The notes beneath the pieces are model-generated. The model saw only the letters and a list, made by a program, of their open reading frames with translations. It was not told where the DNA came from and did no database searches. From contig NIVC01003227.1 of NCBI GenBank assembly GCA_002269645.1, forward strand, positions 15,485 through 79,484: a stretch of 64,000 nucleotides of DNA. Direction: 5' to 3'. This DNA is from Macrostomum lignano. Taxonomy: Eukaryota. Positions within the stretch are counted from its first letter, which is position 1. Every line of letters begins with the position of its first letter. This document shows positions 1 through 29,725 of this stretch, one piece after another. Position numbers and translations under genes: made by a program.

Positions 1-505
1 AAGCTACTGACAGAGGAACTGACTCAAAGCTACTGACAGAGGAACTGACTCAAAGCTACTGACAGAGGAACTGACTCAAAGCTACTGACAGAGGAACTGA
101 CTCAAAGCTACTGACAGAGGAACTGACTCAAAGCTACTGACAGAGGAACTGACTCAAAGCTACTGACAGAGGAACTGACTCAAAGCTACTGACAGAGGAA
201 CTGACTCAAAGCTACTGACAGAGGAACTGACAGAGGAACTGACAGAGGAACTGACAGAGGAACTGACTCAAAGCTACTGACAGAGGAACTGACAGAGGAA
301 CTGACTCAAAGCTACTGACAGAGGAACTGACTCAAAGCTACTGACAGAGGAACTGACTCAAAGCTACTGACAGAGGAACTGACTCAAAGCTACTGACAGA
401 GGAACTGACTCAAAGCTACTGACAGAGGAACTGACTCAAAGCTACTGACAGAGGAACTGACAGAGGAACTGACAGAGGAACTGACTCAAAGCTACTGACA
501 GAGAA
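1..505. repeat. Intronic minisatellite, 26-bp unit (aagctactgacagaggaactgactca) with 12-bp sub-unit expansions
   Basis: Direct periodicity; truncated by the window edge. Confidence 0.95.
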
Positions 506-549
506 ACTTTGACAGAAGACAAAATACTAACTGAATGGCTGCCTTAAAG

Positions 550-942
550 CCACTGACCCAAAGCTGACCCAAGCCCATAATTTAGAGCAGAGAGCACTGA
601 CCCAAAGCTGACCCAAGCCCATAATTTAGAGCACAGAGCACTGACCCAAAGCTGACCCAAGCCCATAATTTAGAGCACAGAGCACTGACCCAAAGCTGAC
701 CCAAGCCCATAATTTAGAGCACAGAGCACTGACCCAAAGCTGACCCAAGCCCATAATTTAGAGCACAGAGCACTGACCCAAAGCTGACCCAAGCCCATAA
801 TTTAGAGCACAGAGCACTGACCCAAGCCCATAATTTAGAGTAGAGAGCACTGACCCAAAGCTGACCCAAGCCCATAATTTAGAGCAGAGAGCACTGACCC
901 AAAGCTGACCCAAGTCCATAATTTAGAGTAGAGAGCACTGAC

Positions 943-945
<3 letters not shown>
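550..945. repeat. 44-bp minisatellite (about 9 copies) that begins at and includes the filamin splice donor
   Basis: Unit gagcactgacccaaagctgacccaagcccataatttagagcaca; on the minus strand it contains tgg|gtcagtgctc, the same as the true donor. Confidence 0.95.
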
Positions 946-18831
<17,886 letters not shown>

Positions 18832-21402
18832 TGCAGGAAGTAGTCTGTTTAAAACAAAACAAATAATTTGACAACGGTCATGAAGGTAAAAGTGAAAATA
18901 ATTTAAAACTTTAAACTATTTGTTTATTTTTTTAGTGTTTGCGTGTTAGTTGCTGCAAGTTTTACTATTTGTAACGCTTTTTTAATAAATATCGCGGCTA
19001 GCAGGAAATATAATTCTTAAGTTGTCGCAGCGAAAGCGTTCGATCTAACAGTAAAGATCGAGTCGTAAAGTATGTCTTTTTGTCTGAAAGTGTCGTAAAG
19101 CTTCTTGTTACTACTTAAATACATCACATTATTGTAGCTCGTACACTTACTATACAAAATCAAAATCCGCTGCATTCTTGGCATTGCCACATTTAATATT
19201 ATAATAGTATAGTATAACGGCATACTGGCTAGTTGGAGAGTGACTCAGAATTTAGTCACGTATATTTGACTATTCTAGGCCAGCAGCCCGCTGGCTTAAG
19301 AGTGATGCGAACACCATACGTATTTTTACATGTAATGTCTTGCGTGTATATGTTTTAATAAAACGCAGCTCAAGGCAGCTCAAACTAGGAAGCATGAGCT
19401 GCGTTGGGCTGCTCAATGTTTTTTGAGCAGGAAGCTAGCTCAATGTTTTAAATGGAGTCTTCAACAATTAAATTACTTGAGAATCAGCTAATTAATTTTT
19501 TATGTTGTGGCTATTAATTGAGTTAATTATATTATGAACTTGTTTAAAATGGATGCCCTGTACGGCGAAAAAATGCAAGTACGTCTAGGCAGTCAATATA
19601 TTGTGCTCTTAAGGCCTTTTCATATTGCTTATTCTGGTTCTAGAACCAGATCCAATTTGTAAAGTATAACTTTTTGTCTCCTAAACTAGAGGGATATTAG
19701 TGCTTTAAAATTGTGATTATTGAATGGCAAATAGCCAAGAAGAAAGTGAAAAATTGTGCAAAGTAAGGCTGTTAGGGCAGTCAAACATTCAACAAAGTTA
19801 AATAGTTATACTGCCTTTTTTCTTGGAAATCCGAACCGATTCTGGTTCTAGAATCGGTAATCTGAAAAGCCCCTCACAGAATTTAATAAGAAACTTACTC
19901 AGAGCCGGAGAAGATAAAAAGCAGTTGCAGGAAGAGCGCCCAAATGCAGAACCGCGATCGCAAGGTTTAGGTGGAGCAAGAGGTAGCGAGAATTTTTGGC
20001 AGGACGGTAGTTTACATGGAGGCCGAGACCGCGTACATCGCTCCAGGAACAGATAGATGCCTTGCCTGCCATATTAGTCACAAATCAATACAGCCCAGAC
20101 TGGGGTAGGAACCTCCGAGGAAGTCGTACTACAGCAGAATACTGTTCGGGTTCGAATGGTGGGAGCGATGGAGAAAAATAGGGGAGGCCGCAGCCCAAAA
20201 ATGTCTTCCAATCCTGACGCGCCAACCAGCTAAGATCGAGGTGTCTGTTCTGCAGCTGAGGTCTGGGAGAGACTTGGAATGGGCGGACAACAAAAACACC
20301 GGTGAATAACCCAGAGGCGGAAGCTGGGATGAAAACGATGGAAGCAGAAAACAAGAGGTGGGCCTCTGGCTCGATTGTGCAGGGCGTACAGCTGGCAGCG
20401 ATGCAGCGGGACCAGAGGGCGGGATTTCGTTTTATTGATCGAAGCGGAATGGGAAGCGAGGGGTTGGGGGGGGGGGCGCAGCGGCAGGCAGTGGCGGAGC
20501 CGCACGCAGCTGGGGTGCAGTGAAGAAAGGCAGCATTTTGTCTGCCTTGGAGGTTCGGCTCAATACGAGCGTAGGATTGCATGTCTAGCTGCGTCCGCCA
20601 CCCGCCTACTGGTATTTACCTGTACGAGCATATATCCCAAAATGAATTGCATCCCACAATTAACTTGGCTCCCATTCAGCTTGATTTCAGCATCCATTGA
20701 TTGCGGAGACGGCGGCTGGGGGTCCACTGGCTGCCAGGCGGAAAGGAATACTCCGTAAAAATGACACAGACAGAAAGTCAAAGCGAAGAGCGAGAGGTAT
20801 TTGATTCAATAAACGAAAAGTTTCACAAAGATGGCAGCTTTAGCTCGATTTCGAGCGAAAAGATAATGCTTGTAAAAATATTGTTTTTATAATTCGTCAG
20901 CAAGAGATTAATGATTGCAAGAAAAATTTGCACTGCAGAACTAGCAGGCCAAGGTGTGGCAAGATGACTACACTAATAAGCAAGGGTTAACAAAACAAAA
21001 TGCTCAAATCGAGCTCAATAATTGAGCCTAGTTGAATATCATAGACGACATGGAGTTGCCAAATTTCCAATCTCGAAAGTTTTTACTAATAGAAAATAGG
21101 AGAAAACATTTGAGCTCGTGAGTAAAATTTAATTTTCCAATTTAGCTACGAAAAAGACAAAAAGTAAATATTACTGCTATTTTTGGCTGTAATAAGCTTG
21201 CTAAAAAGTTTACAAAATAGAATGGTCCAAAGTATGAAGTATTCTATGAAACAATGAAGTTGAATAAAAGTTTAAAAGACAGAAAATGTGACACTTGAAA
21301 ATGCTGTAAAATATTGGATCGTAGAGAGAAAGGGGGTAAAAGAGGAGAGAAAATTGTCAGTTGCACGTTGCAGCTGTCTAAGGAAGCAGCAAATCTCACT
21401 TG

Positions 21403-24400
21403 TTAAATTCGATTCACTTTGGCTAGGGCCGCTTTCTTGAACTTTGACTTCCACACGTTCGAAGGCACATTTTCGGTTGTAAAATCGTCAATAGCTTCGG
21501 CAAATGCTTTTTTATAGACGGAAAAACCCGGCGCTTTGATGACGAGGGCCGGATAGGCCCGGTCGCTGGTCGCATACGGCCACCGGGCGGCCTGTATGTG
21601 CCCGACCTGCGGAGCCGAGATGAAGCGGGCGCGGTCTATGAAGTCCTTCACGCGCTCGAAGTTCGGATCCATCCAGCGTATTTCGATTATGCTTTCTGCC
21701 TCCTTCATCACCGCTGATCCGGCCTGGGATGTCTTGTTTTTATTACTCTTTAACGCCGTCGGAGGAAGGTTCTCCTTCGCCCGCTTGGCCGATGTGCTTT
21801 GGCGCTTAGCTCCATCTTTATCTGCTGCAAGCCGCTTCTTGGCGTCAGATGGACGAGCTGACCTGGCTTCTGACATCTTAGCCGCATCTCTATCTGCTGC
21901 AGGCCGCTTCTTGGCGTCAGATGGGCGAGCTGACCTGGATTCTGACATCTTAGCCGCATCTCTATCTGCTGCAGGCCGCTTCTTGGCGTCAGATGGGCGA
22001 GCTGACCTGGCTTCTGACATCTTAGCCGCATCTCTATCTGCTGCAGGCCGCTTCTTGGCGTCAGATGGGCGAGCTGACCTGGATTCTGACATCTTAGCCG
22101 CATCTCTATCTGCTGCAGGCCGCTTCTTGGCGTCAGATGGACGAGCTGACCCGGCTTCTGACATCTTAGCCGCATCTCTATCTGCTGCAGGCCGCTTCTT
22201 GGCGTCAGATGGGCGAGCTGACCTGGCTTCTGACATCTTAGCCGCATCTCTATCTGCTGCAGGCCGCTTCTTGGCGTCAGATGGGCGAGCTGACCAGGAT
22301 TCTGACATCTTAGCCGCATCTCTATCTGCTGCAGGCCGCTTCTTGGCGTCAGATGGACGAGCTGACCTGGCTTCTGACATCTTAGCCGCATCTCTATCTG
22401 CTGCAGGCCGCTTCTTGGCGTCAGATGGGCGAGCTGACCTGGATTCTGACATCTTAGCCGCATCTCTATCTGCTGTAGGCCGCTTCTTGGCGTCAGATGG
22501 ACGAGCTGACCTGGCTTCTGACATCTTAGCCGCATCTCTATCTGCTGCAGGCCGCTTCTTGGCGTCAGATGGACGAGCTGACCTGGCTTCTGACTGCAAG
22601 TCAAATTTTACTTTCTTTTCTGCCCCAGGCCGCTTTTTGTCAGCCTGTCGAGGAGATTTAGTCTCTCGCTGCTTCGAAGAGTTCGTGTCCGTTGTGAATT
22701 GCCCTGAAGAGTTGGATGTACGAGTCAAGTCGGCTTTAACTTCAGACTTTAACTTCTTTGATAACAATCCTTCATTTTCCGAATGCTGCTTCGTGGACTC
22801 AGACAGGCAAGATTGTTTTGGCATGCTTTTCGCTGAAGGCCGCTTTTTAGAGTGATTTGGCTGAGATTTCTTCCACTCAGATGGTTTACGGCCGGCGGAG
22901 GCTGCATTCGAATCAGCCATATCAGCAGTGTCATTAGCTAAATCGGCGGTGTCGTCGGCCATATTAGCTGTGTCATCAGCTAACTCGGCGGTGTCGTCAG
23001 CCATATTAGCTGTGTCATTAGCTAAATCAGCGGTGTCATCAGCCATATTAGCAGTGTCATTAGCTAAATCAGCGGTGTCGTCAGCCATATTAGCTGTGTC
23101 ATTAGCTAAATCAGCGGTGTCGTCAGCCATATTAGCTGTGTCATTAGCTAAATCAGCGGTGTCGTCAGCCATATTAGCTGTGTCATTAGCTAAATCAGCG
23201 GTGTCGTCAGCCATATTAGCTGTGTCATTAGCTAAATCAGCGGTGTCGTCAGCCATATTAGCTGTGTCATTAGCTAAATCAGCGGTGTCGTCAGCCATAT
23301 TAGCTGTGTCATTAGCTAAATCAGCGGTGTCGTCAGCCATATTAGCTGTGTCATTAGCTAAATCAGCTGTGTTATCAGCCATATTAGCTGTGTCATCAGC
23401 CATATCAGCTGTGTCATCACCGGCAATGGAATCATTTACAAGATCCTCTGAATTGTTGCAAAGAGCAACAGCAATTGCCTCATCGCAACGAGAGGTTGAA
23501 ACGCCAGTCGGAGCAGCTGCGTTGGCTCCAAGAGTGGATTTGGTGCATGCGTTTTGATTGCTTGGACCGCAAACAGAAGCAGCAGCTGGATTGCTACCAA
23601 GCACTGCTGCAGCACCATCAGACGCAGTTGGATTGTTACCAAGCACTGCTGCAGCACCATCAGACGCAGTTGGATTGTTTACAAGAGCGACTACGCCACC
23701 ATCAGCAGCTGCACTGCCGACTGGAGCAACTGCAGATGAATCCTCGCCTAAACCTGCACAGTTGCCGGCTGCCTCGGCGACGGCAGTTAAAGCGGCCATT
23801 GAGGCCACGGAACGCGGAGAAGCATTCGCAGCAGGTGGCTGCTCGTCAATGTTGGGATCGGCCTCCTGTGCGGACAGTTTAAATTCAGTTAAACGTGTTT
23901 CAGCCAACAAAAGCACTGCAAAAGCCCTTCTATGACAGGATTTGACTTAGTTAATTAAAAGTACAAACTCCAAAGACTCACCTCGGAATCGGACTCTTCC
24001 AGTTCGTCAGAAGAGTAATTTACAGTCGGTGGTTCGGCTGGCCGTTCGAGACCGTGGACCGATTCGACGCGCACGAGGCCGCCGCGACAGCCGAGGGCCA
24101 GCAGGTGCTCAGCACCCAGGTTGACGTTCCAGGCCAGGTAGCGAATTTTTTCATCGCCATTGCCTATGGACAGCAGCTGGCGCTGGTGCACTACGGACAG
24201 CCGGGCGTCCGACGAATCCGAGTTGGCGTCCGCCGGGGTTGCGGGCTCCGCGCAGACCTGCTGGATGGTGAGGAGGCTGATGGAGCTGCTGCTGGCGCAG
24301 GCGAAAGCGCCGTGCAGCGGGCTGCAGTCCAGGCGAGTGCCCTCGCCGGAGGAGACCACAGCAAGCTGGGCTGTGTCGTATCGCAGCGCCCAGGCGACGT

Positions 24401-25406
24401 TGGCCACGGAGTTATTAAGAGACAGCGCGGCAGGCGTGAGGATGTTGCCAGTCTTCATGCCAATGCAAAACACGTAGATGCGGCGACCGGCGGCCACGGC
24501 CAGCAAGGCATTCGGCGGGCCAAGCGGATGCAGGCGAATGTCTTCGACAGCCGCGGCGGGACTGTCGATTCGCCAGGCCTTCCAAGGCTGAAGGCACCCG
24601 GACTGGTCGGCAGCGGCGGCTGCATCAGAACTGGATGTCGAACTACTGAGGCGCCAGACGGCGCACCTGCCATCAGAGAAACCGGCAGCCAGCAGGTCCG
24701 GCCTGCAGACGCAGGTGTCAAGCGCGGTGGCGGAGCAGCTGGAGTCTGGTAGGCAAAGCTGCAGCTCAGGCGCCTTCCGGGCTTCGTGGAGCACCATGAC
24801 GCGGATAGAGCCATCATCGCAGGCGAGCGCAAGGCGGCTCTCGTTGCCAGGCAACGCCTTAGCACTACTGACGCGACCGAAGCGGTGTGTGAGACGCAAG
24901 GGGAGGCCGACAGTGCCGATGCCGGGCAGAAGGCGCCACACCTGGATGCCGCTACGGGGCGCCGGGCCCTCCTCGCTCTCTGTGCACAGCGCCAGGCGCT
25001 GGTGGGTGGAGCGCGGCGGCGCCGCCAGCCAAGCCACGCAGACCACCGTTGTCCCAGCATCGATCTTGACGGTGGACGAGTCCGAGTCCGGCAGTGAGTG
25101 CCGGTCGGACAGGCGCTGACTGCGGCGCTCGTTTTGATAGGCGTCGTGAATGAAGCGCTGGATGTCCGCAACAACAGCGCCAAATCTTATATCGGGGTCC
25201 GGCCGCCCGTAGCGCATGCCGAGCAGCAGCAGCTGCTGCGCGTTGGCTGGCAGGCGCTGGCCGCGTTCTCGATCGATGAGGCTCTCCTCAATAAAGCGAG
25301 CGACGCCGTCGAGGGGCAGACAAGCGCGCCATATGTTCATGCGCGAGGAAAACAAGCGGCCGCGCTGGCCACTTGGCGCAGAATTGTTTCTTCGAATGCG
25401 AACCAT
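21403..25406 (-). CDS. GTF3C2: WD40 protein resembling TFIIIC subunit GTF3C2 (exon 23982-25406), probably spliced (phase 0) to exon 21403-23865 encoding a long repeat-rich tail
   Basis: GIQVWRL, RLALACDDGSIRV, LLAAGFSDGRCAVWRL and WNVNLGAEHLLALGCRGGLVRVESVHGL recall, from memory, GTF3C2 motifs (LLALACSDG, LAAGYYNG.V.FW.L, PNL...WLVSGGQSGLVRI..V.GL). Donor GAG|gtgagt at 23982 matches acceptor ccgcacag|GAG at 23865. Confidence 0.6.
21800..22592 (-). repeat. In-frame 72-bp coding repeat, 11 copies (SEARSARPSDAKKRPAADRDAAKM)
   Basis: Counted from the ORF translation. Confidence 0.95.
22915..23415 (-). repeat. In-frame 21/42-bp coding repeat, about 24 heptads (DDTADLA/NDTANMA)
   Basis: Visible in DNA and translation. 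Confidence 0.95.
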
Positions 25407-26442
25407 CCTACTGTAAGTAAATAAGTGGCAATTTGAATCTGAATTAATAAAGAATGCGGTGAGCTGGACGAGTTGAGGCAGTCGGGTTTGAAGGATCCAA
25501 AACTAGCAGACGAACCCAAGGACTACTCAAGTGAAAGGGCGAGAAACCACGTTTATTGGAAAATTTAGAAGGCAGGTACTGTCAAACCAATTCTATTTGA
25601 GAATAGTAACCAGCATGAGACAGCCCTGTGACGTGATGGTCAGTAGTGTAGCAGCGTCTGTTTTTACAATTGGTTTGCAGTGAAATTTGACTGGTTATGC
25701 GCAGTACGTGTCTCTATTGTATCACCTGCATAGCGTTATTGATTTGATGTGTCCTAGTTGAAGTCAACATTGCGTGAGTAAATGCATATTATGCATCCGA
25801 AGGTTCTTAGCTGGGTCCGCCAATAAATGAATACACCAGCAAACATACTACTTCAAGTAGGCATTCAAGATAAAGGAATGACATCCGGGTGATTGAAATT
25901 CTGCTAAAAAACAAAACAATTCAGACATGCGAAAGAGGAAAAAACATAGAAGTCGTTCTTCGCGTTTAGTCGCCAAGAATGGAACAAAGGCGATGGTGGC
26001 CAGTTGGCCAGCGGTGTATTATTTTATATTATTTAATGTTACATGCCACACAATATGCAGTAAATTTTAATGGGTGAAGATACATAATGTATAACTACAT
26101 GTAAGTGCATACAGAGATACGGCCATGGGTTAACAGTACAGTACGGATAGAGTACAAACACTGATAAAAGATAAAAAACGGTCATTAGGATAACAGAAAA
26201 ATAGGATTCCTTAACACGATAATATTTTAGCAGGTCAACAAGAGCCAAACGGATCATCGCACACATGCAATGCTTCAATAAGAGTTAGCGAGCTTACACT
26301 AAAGTAGTATCATATGCACAAAACAGTGTCTACGTCTACAAGTAGCATTACTAAAAAGAGATTGGATAAATAAGATGAAAAGAGTAAAGGGTCGCTGGGT
26401 ACACTTCAAACTAAAACACATTAATTACAGACAAACTAATTC

Positions 26443-26720
26443 CAGGCCTCCACAATGAGGTTGCCCTGAGCGCTAGGCCTCCACAATGAGGTTGCCCTCA
26501 GCGCTAGGCCTCCACAATGAGGTTGCCCTCAGCGCTAGGCCTCCACAATGAGGTTGCCATGAGCGCTAGGCCTCCACAATGAGGTTGCCCTGAGCGCTAG
26601 GCCTCCACAATGAGGTTGCCCTCAGCGCTAGGCCTCCACAATGAGGTTGCCCTCAGCGCTAGGCCTCCACAATGAGGTTGCCCTGAGCGCTAGGCCTCCA
26701 CAATGAGGTTGTCCTGAGCG
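26443..26720. repeat. 31-bp array (9 units) derived from the last codons and stop of ZF copy A
   Basis: Minus-strand unit gctcagggcaacctcattgtggaggcctagc versus CDS end GCTCAGGACAACCTCATTGTGGAGGCCTAG. Confidence 0.95.
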
Positions 26721-29700
26721 CCAGCGTCTGAGGCGGCGGCCTGCTGGAAGCCGGGTGCGGCGGTGCCGATGACGCGGTCGCTGGGCTGCAGCAGCACAAT
26801 GTTGATGCCGTCCTCCAGCTCGGCCGCGTACTCCTCCTCCTCGCGCTGCGCCGCCGCCTCCTCGTCCGAGTCAGCCAGGCCGAGGCTGAAGTAGTCCTTC
26901 TGCCAGGCCGGCGCCTTCCGCCGACGCCCAGAGCTCGTGTAGCTCGTGCGGGGGTCGTAGTCGTCCTCGAAGTCCTCCACCAGCTCGGCGTTGTCTACCT
27001 GCGGGCGGGCGATCAGCCATTTACAGGGAGCACGCAAACAGAATTGAGCACCGATAGTCAGCAAACCCATCAGCACTGAGCACCACAATGTCACAGCCAC
27101 AAACCCATCAGCACTGAGCACCACAATGTCACAGTCACAAACCCATCAGCACTGAGCACCACAACGTCACAGCCACAAACCCATCAGCACTGAGCACCAC
27201 AATGTCACAGCCACAAACCCATCAGCACTGAGCACCACAATGTCACAGCCACAAACCCATCAGCACTGAGCACCACAACGTCACAGCCACAAACCCATCA
27301 GCACTGAGCACCACAATGTCACAGCCACAAACCCATCAGCACTGAGCGCCACAATGTCACAGCCACAAACCCATCAGCACTGAGCACCACAATGTCACAG
27401 CCACAAACCCATCAGCACTGAGCACCACAATGTCACAGCCACAAACCCATCAGCACTGAGCGCCACAATGTCACAGCCGCAAACCCATCAGCATGAGCAC
27501 CAATCTCAGGCAACAGACTCCTCAAGGTGCCACAGCCACAAACCCATCAGCATGAGCACCAATCTCAAGCAACAGACTCCTCAATGTGCCACAGCCACAA
27601 ACCCATCAGCACTGAGCACCAATCTCAAGCAAAAGACTCCTCAAGGTGCCACTGCCACAAACCCATCAGCACTGAGCACCAATCTCAAGCAAAAGACTCC
27701 TCAAGGTGCCACAGCCACAAACCCATCAGCATGAGCACCAATCTCAAGCAACAGACTCCTCAAGGTGCCACAGCCACAAACCCATCAGCATGAGCACCAA
27801 TCTCAAGCAACAGACTCCTCAAGGTGCCGCAGCCACAAACCATTAAAGCTGTGGGCCCCAATCTCAAGCAACAGACTCCTCAAGGTGCCACTGCCACAAA
27901 CCTCCTCGTAGATCGTGTCCGGATTCGGCCGCACGTAGTTCCCGTCGCCAGCGATGTACTCCTCCTCCTTGTACTCAAACACCCGCTGCCGGCCAGCCTC
28001 CGCAGTTCCCGTCCGCACCATCCGCGGCCGTCCGATCGGCCGTCCGGTGCTCGTCTTCTGTCCGGCCTGGACGGACGGCGGCTCCAGCGGGTTCTTCCGC
28101 GGCCGGCCCCGGGGCTTCTTGTTCAGCCGCCGCTCCGCCTCCTGAACTCGCTTCAGCGCCTCGTACGCAGACTGGCCCATCGCTGAGAGGCCCAGACCGC
28201 CATCGTCCGGACCCTCCATCACCGCCGCCTTCCCGTTCTTGAACCTGTCCTCGTCCGCCTCGTCTGTGTAGCCCTCGCGCTCTCGCCGAATCTTCGACAT
28301 TGCCTCCTCGAACGTCTTGATCATCTTCGGCTTGCGAGTCGACTTTGGCGGCGCCTTGATCAGCGTGTGGTTCACCGGGTCCCGGTTCTGGCTGTGCACC
28401 GCGTGGTGCTTCACCAGGTCCGGCTTGCTGTTCGTCACAAAGTCGCAGTTCTGATACTTGCACGAGAACGGACCATCGTGGCAGCCGCGGATCGCCAGCT
28501 CCTCCTTGTGCACCTCCGTCTTGTGCGCCTCCTTCTCCTCCTTCGACTCGAAGCTGGCCATGCAGTAGCGACACACGTGCCGCTTCGACACCCGCAGCGC
28601 GTGCGCCCGGGTGATGTGGTGGTTCAGCTGGTTGAACCCCGGGAAGCCCTTCTCGCCACAGATCGGGCACGAGATCAGAGTGATGCTCGAGTGAGCCTTC
28701 ACGTGCGACTTCAGCTCCGACAGCTCGTTGATGTAGCAGTTGCAGGTCACGCAGCGGAACTTCGCCTGCAGACTCCGCACTGTCGGGCAGCTCCTCGTGT
28801 GCTTCTTCAGCGTGTAGATGCTGTCGAACGTCACCGAGCAGCCGTTGCACTCCAGGTGCACGCTGCTCGACCCCAGCTGCGAATAGTTCTCCCTCAGCTC
28901 GTGCTCCCTAGTGCGCAGGTGGGCCACCAGTATGTCGAACGTGGTAAACGACTTGTTGCAAATCTCGCACTTGAACGCCCTGTCCATGTTGGGAAAGTGC
29001 ATCCGCCTGTGCTGCAGCATGTTGGACCGCTGCGTGAACCGCTTCGGGCACTTGTCGCACTTAAACGGCTTCTCACCTCGGTGAGCCCGAAGGTGCGCGT
29101 CAAACGTGCCGCCGTTGTTCGTCATGTACGTGCACTGCCGGCAGTGGTAGCGAAAGTCCTTCGGGTTCCTCTTCGGCTTCTTCGCGTCCACGTGGATGCG
29201 CCGCGCGTGCAGGAACAGGTCGCTCAGGTTGGCAAAGTACTTGTCGCACTGACGGCACACAAACGCCTTCAGCAGGTGCCGCTCGCGCAGGTGCTTCGTG
29301 AACGCACCGGCATTCGTAAAGTCTGACGGACAATAATTACACTGGTACACCAGCTGGTCTTTGCCCTGCTGGCCGCCCCGCGACCTCCTCGCATCCTGCG
29401 AGTACGCCTGCACCGCGCCGCCCGCCTCCTCTGCCTCCTCGGCGCCGCCCGACGTCAGCTGGATCTGGATCGGGCCTCCATCTGCCTGCGCCTGGATCTG
29501 CTCAATCACCTCAGATGACAGCTCGAATGTCTCATTGTTGCTCGTTGTCAGCTGGATCTGAACGGGACCGCCAGCTGCCTGAGCCTGGATCTGCTGAATC
29601 ACCTCAGCTGGCAGCTCAATCACCTCGTCACCGCTGCTGCTGCCCAGCTGGATGTGCATGCTGGAGCCGCCCTGGCCCTCATCGGCAGACATGTGCTGCA

Positions 29701-29725
29701 TCAACTCGTCTGGCAGTTCGATCAT
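26690..29725 (-). CDS. C2H2 zinc-finger protein copy A (10 fingers, 2 AT-hook-like motifs, acidic tail); exons 27902-29725 and 26690-26998
   Basis: CxxC...HxxxH arrays, one canonical GEKPF linker, KPRGRPRK and IGRPRM; GAG|gtttgt...cccgcag|GTA joins YEE to VDNAEL in frame. Confidence 0.88.
27063..27900. repeat. Composite intronic minisatellite (39-bp and about 59-bp related units) in ZF copy A
   Basis: cagcactgagcaccacaatgtcacagccacaaacccat and gagcaccaatctcaagcaacagactcctcaaggtgccacagccacaaacccatcagc. Confidence 0.93.

Noticed and set aside
19630-19860. Two ctggttctagaa palindromic sites upstream of filamin as heat-shock elements
   Set aside because: Only two correctly spaced nGAAn units each; a canonical HSE needs at least three.
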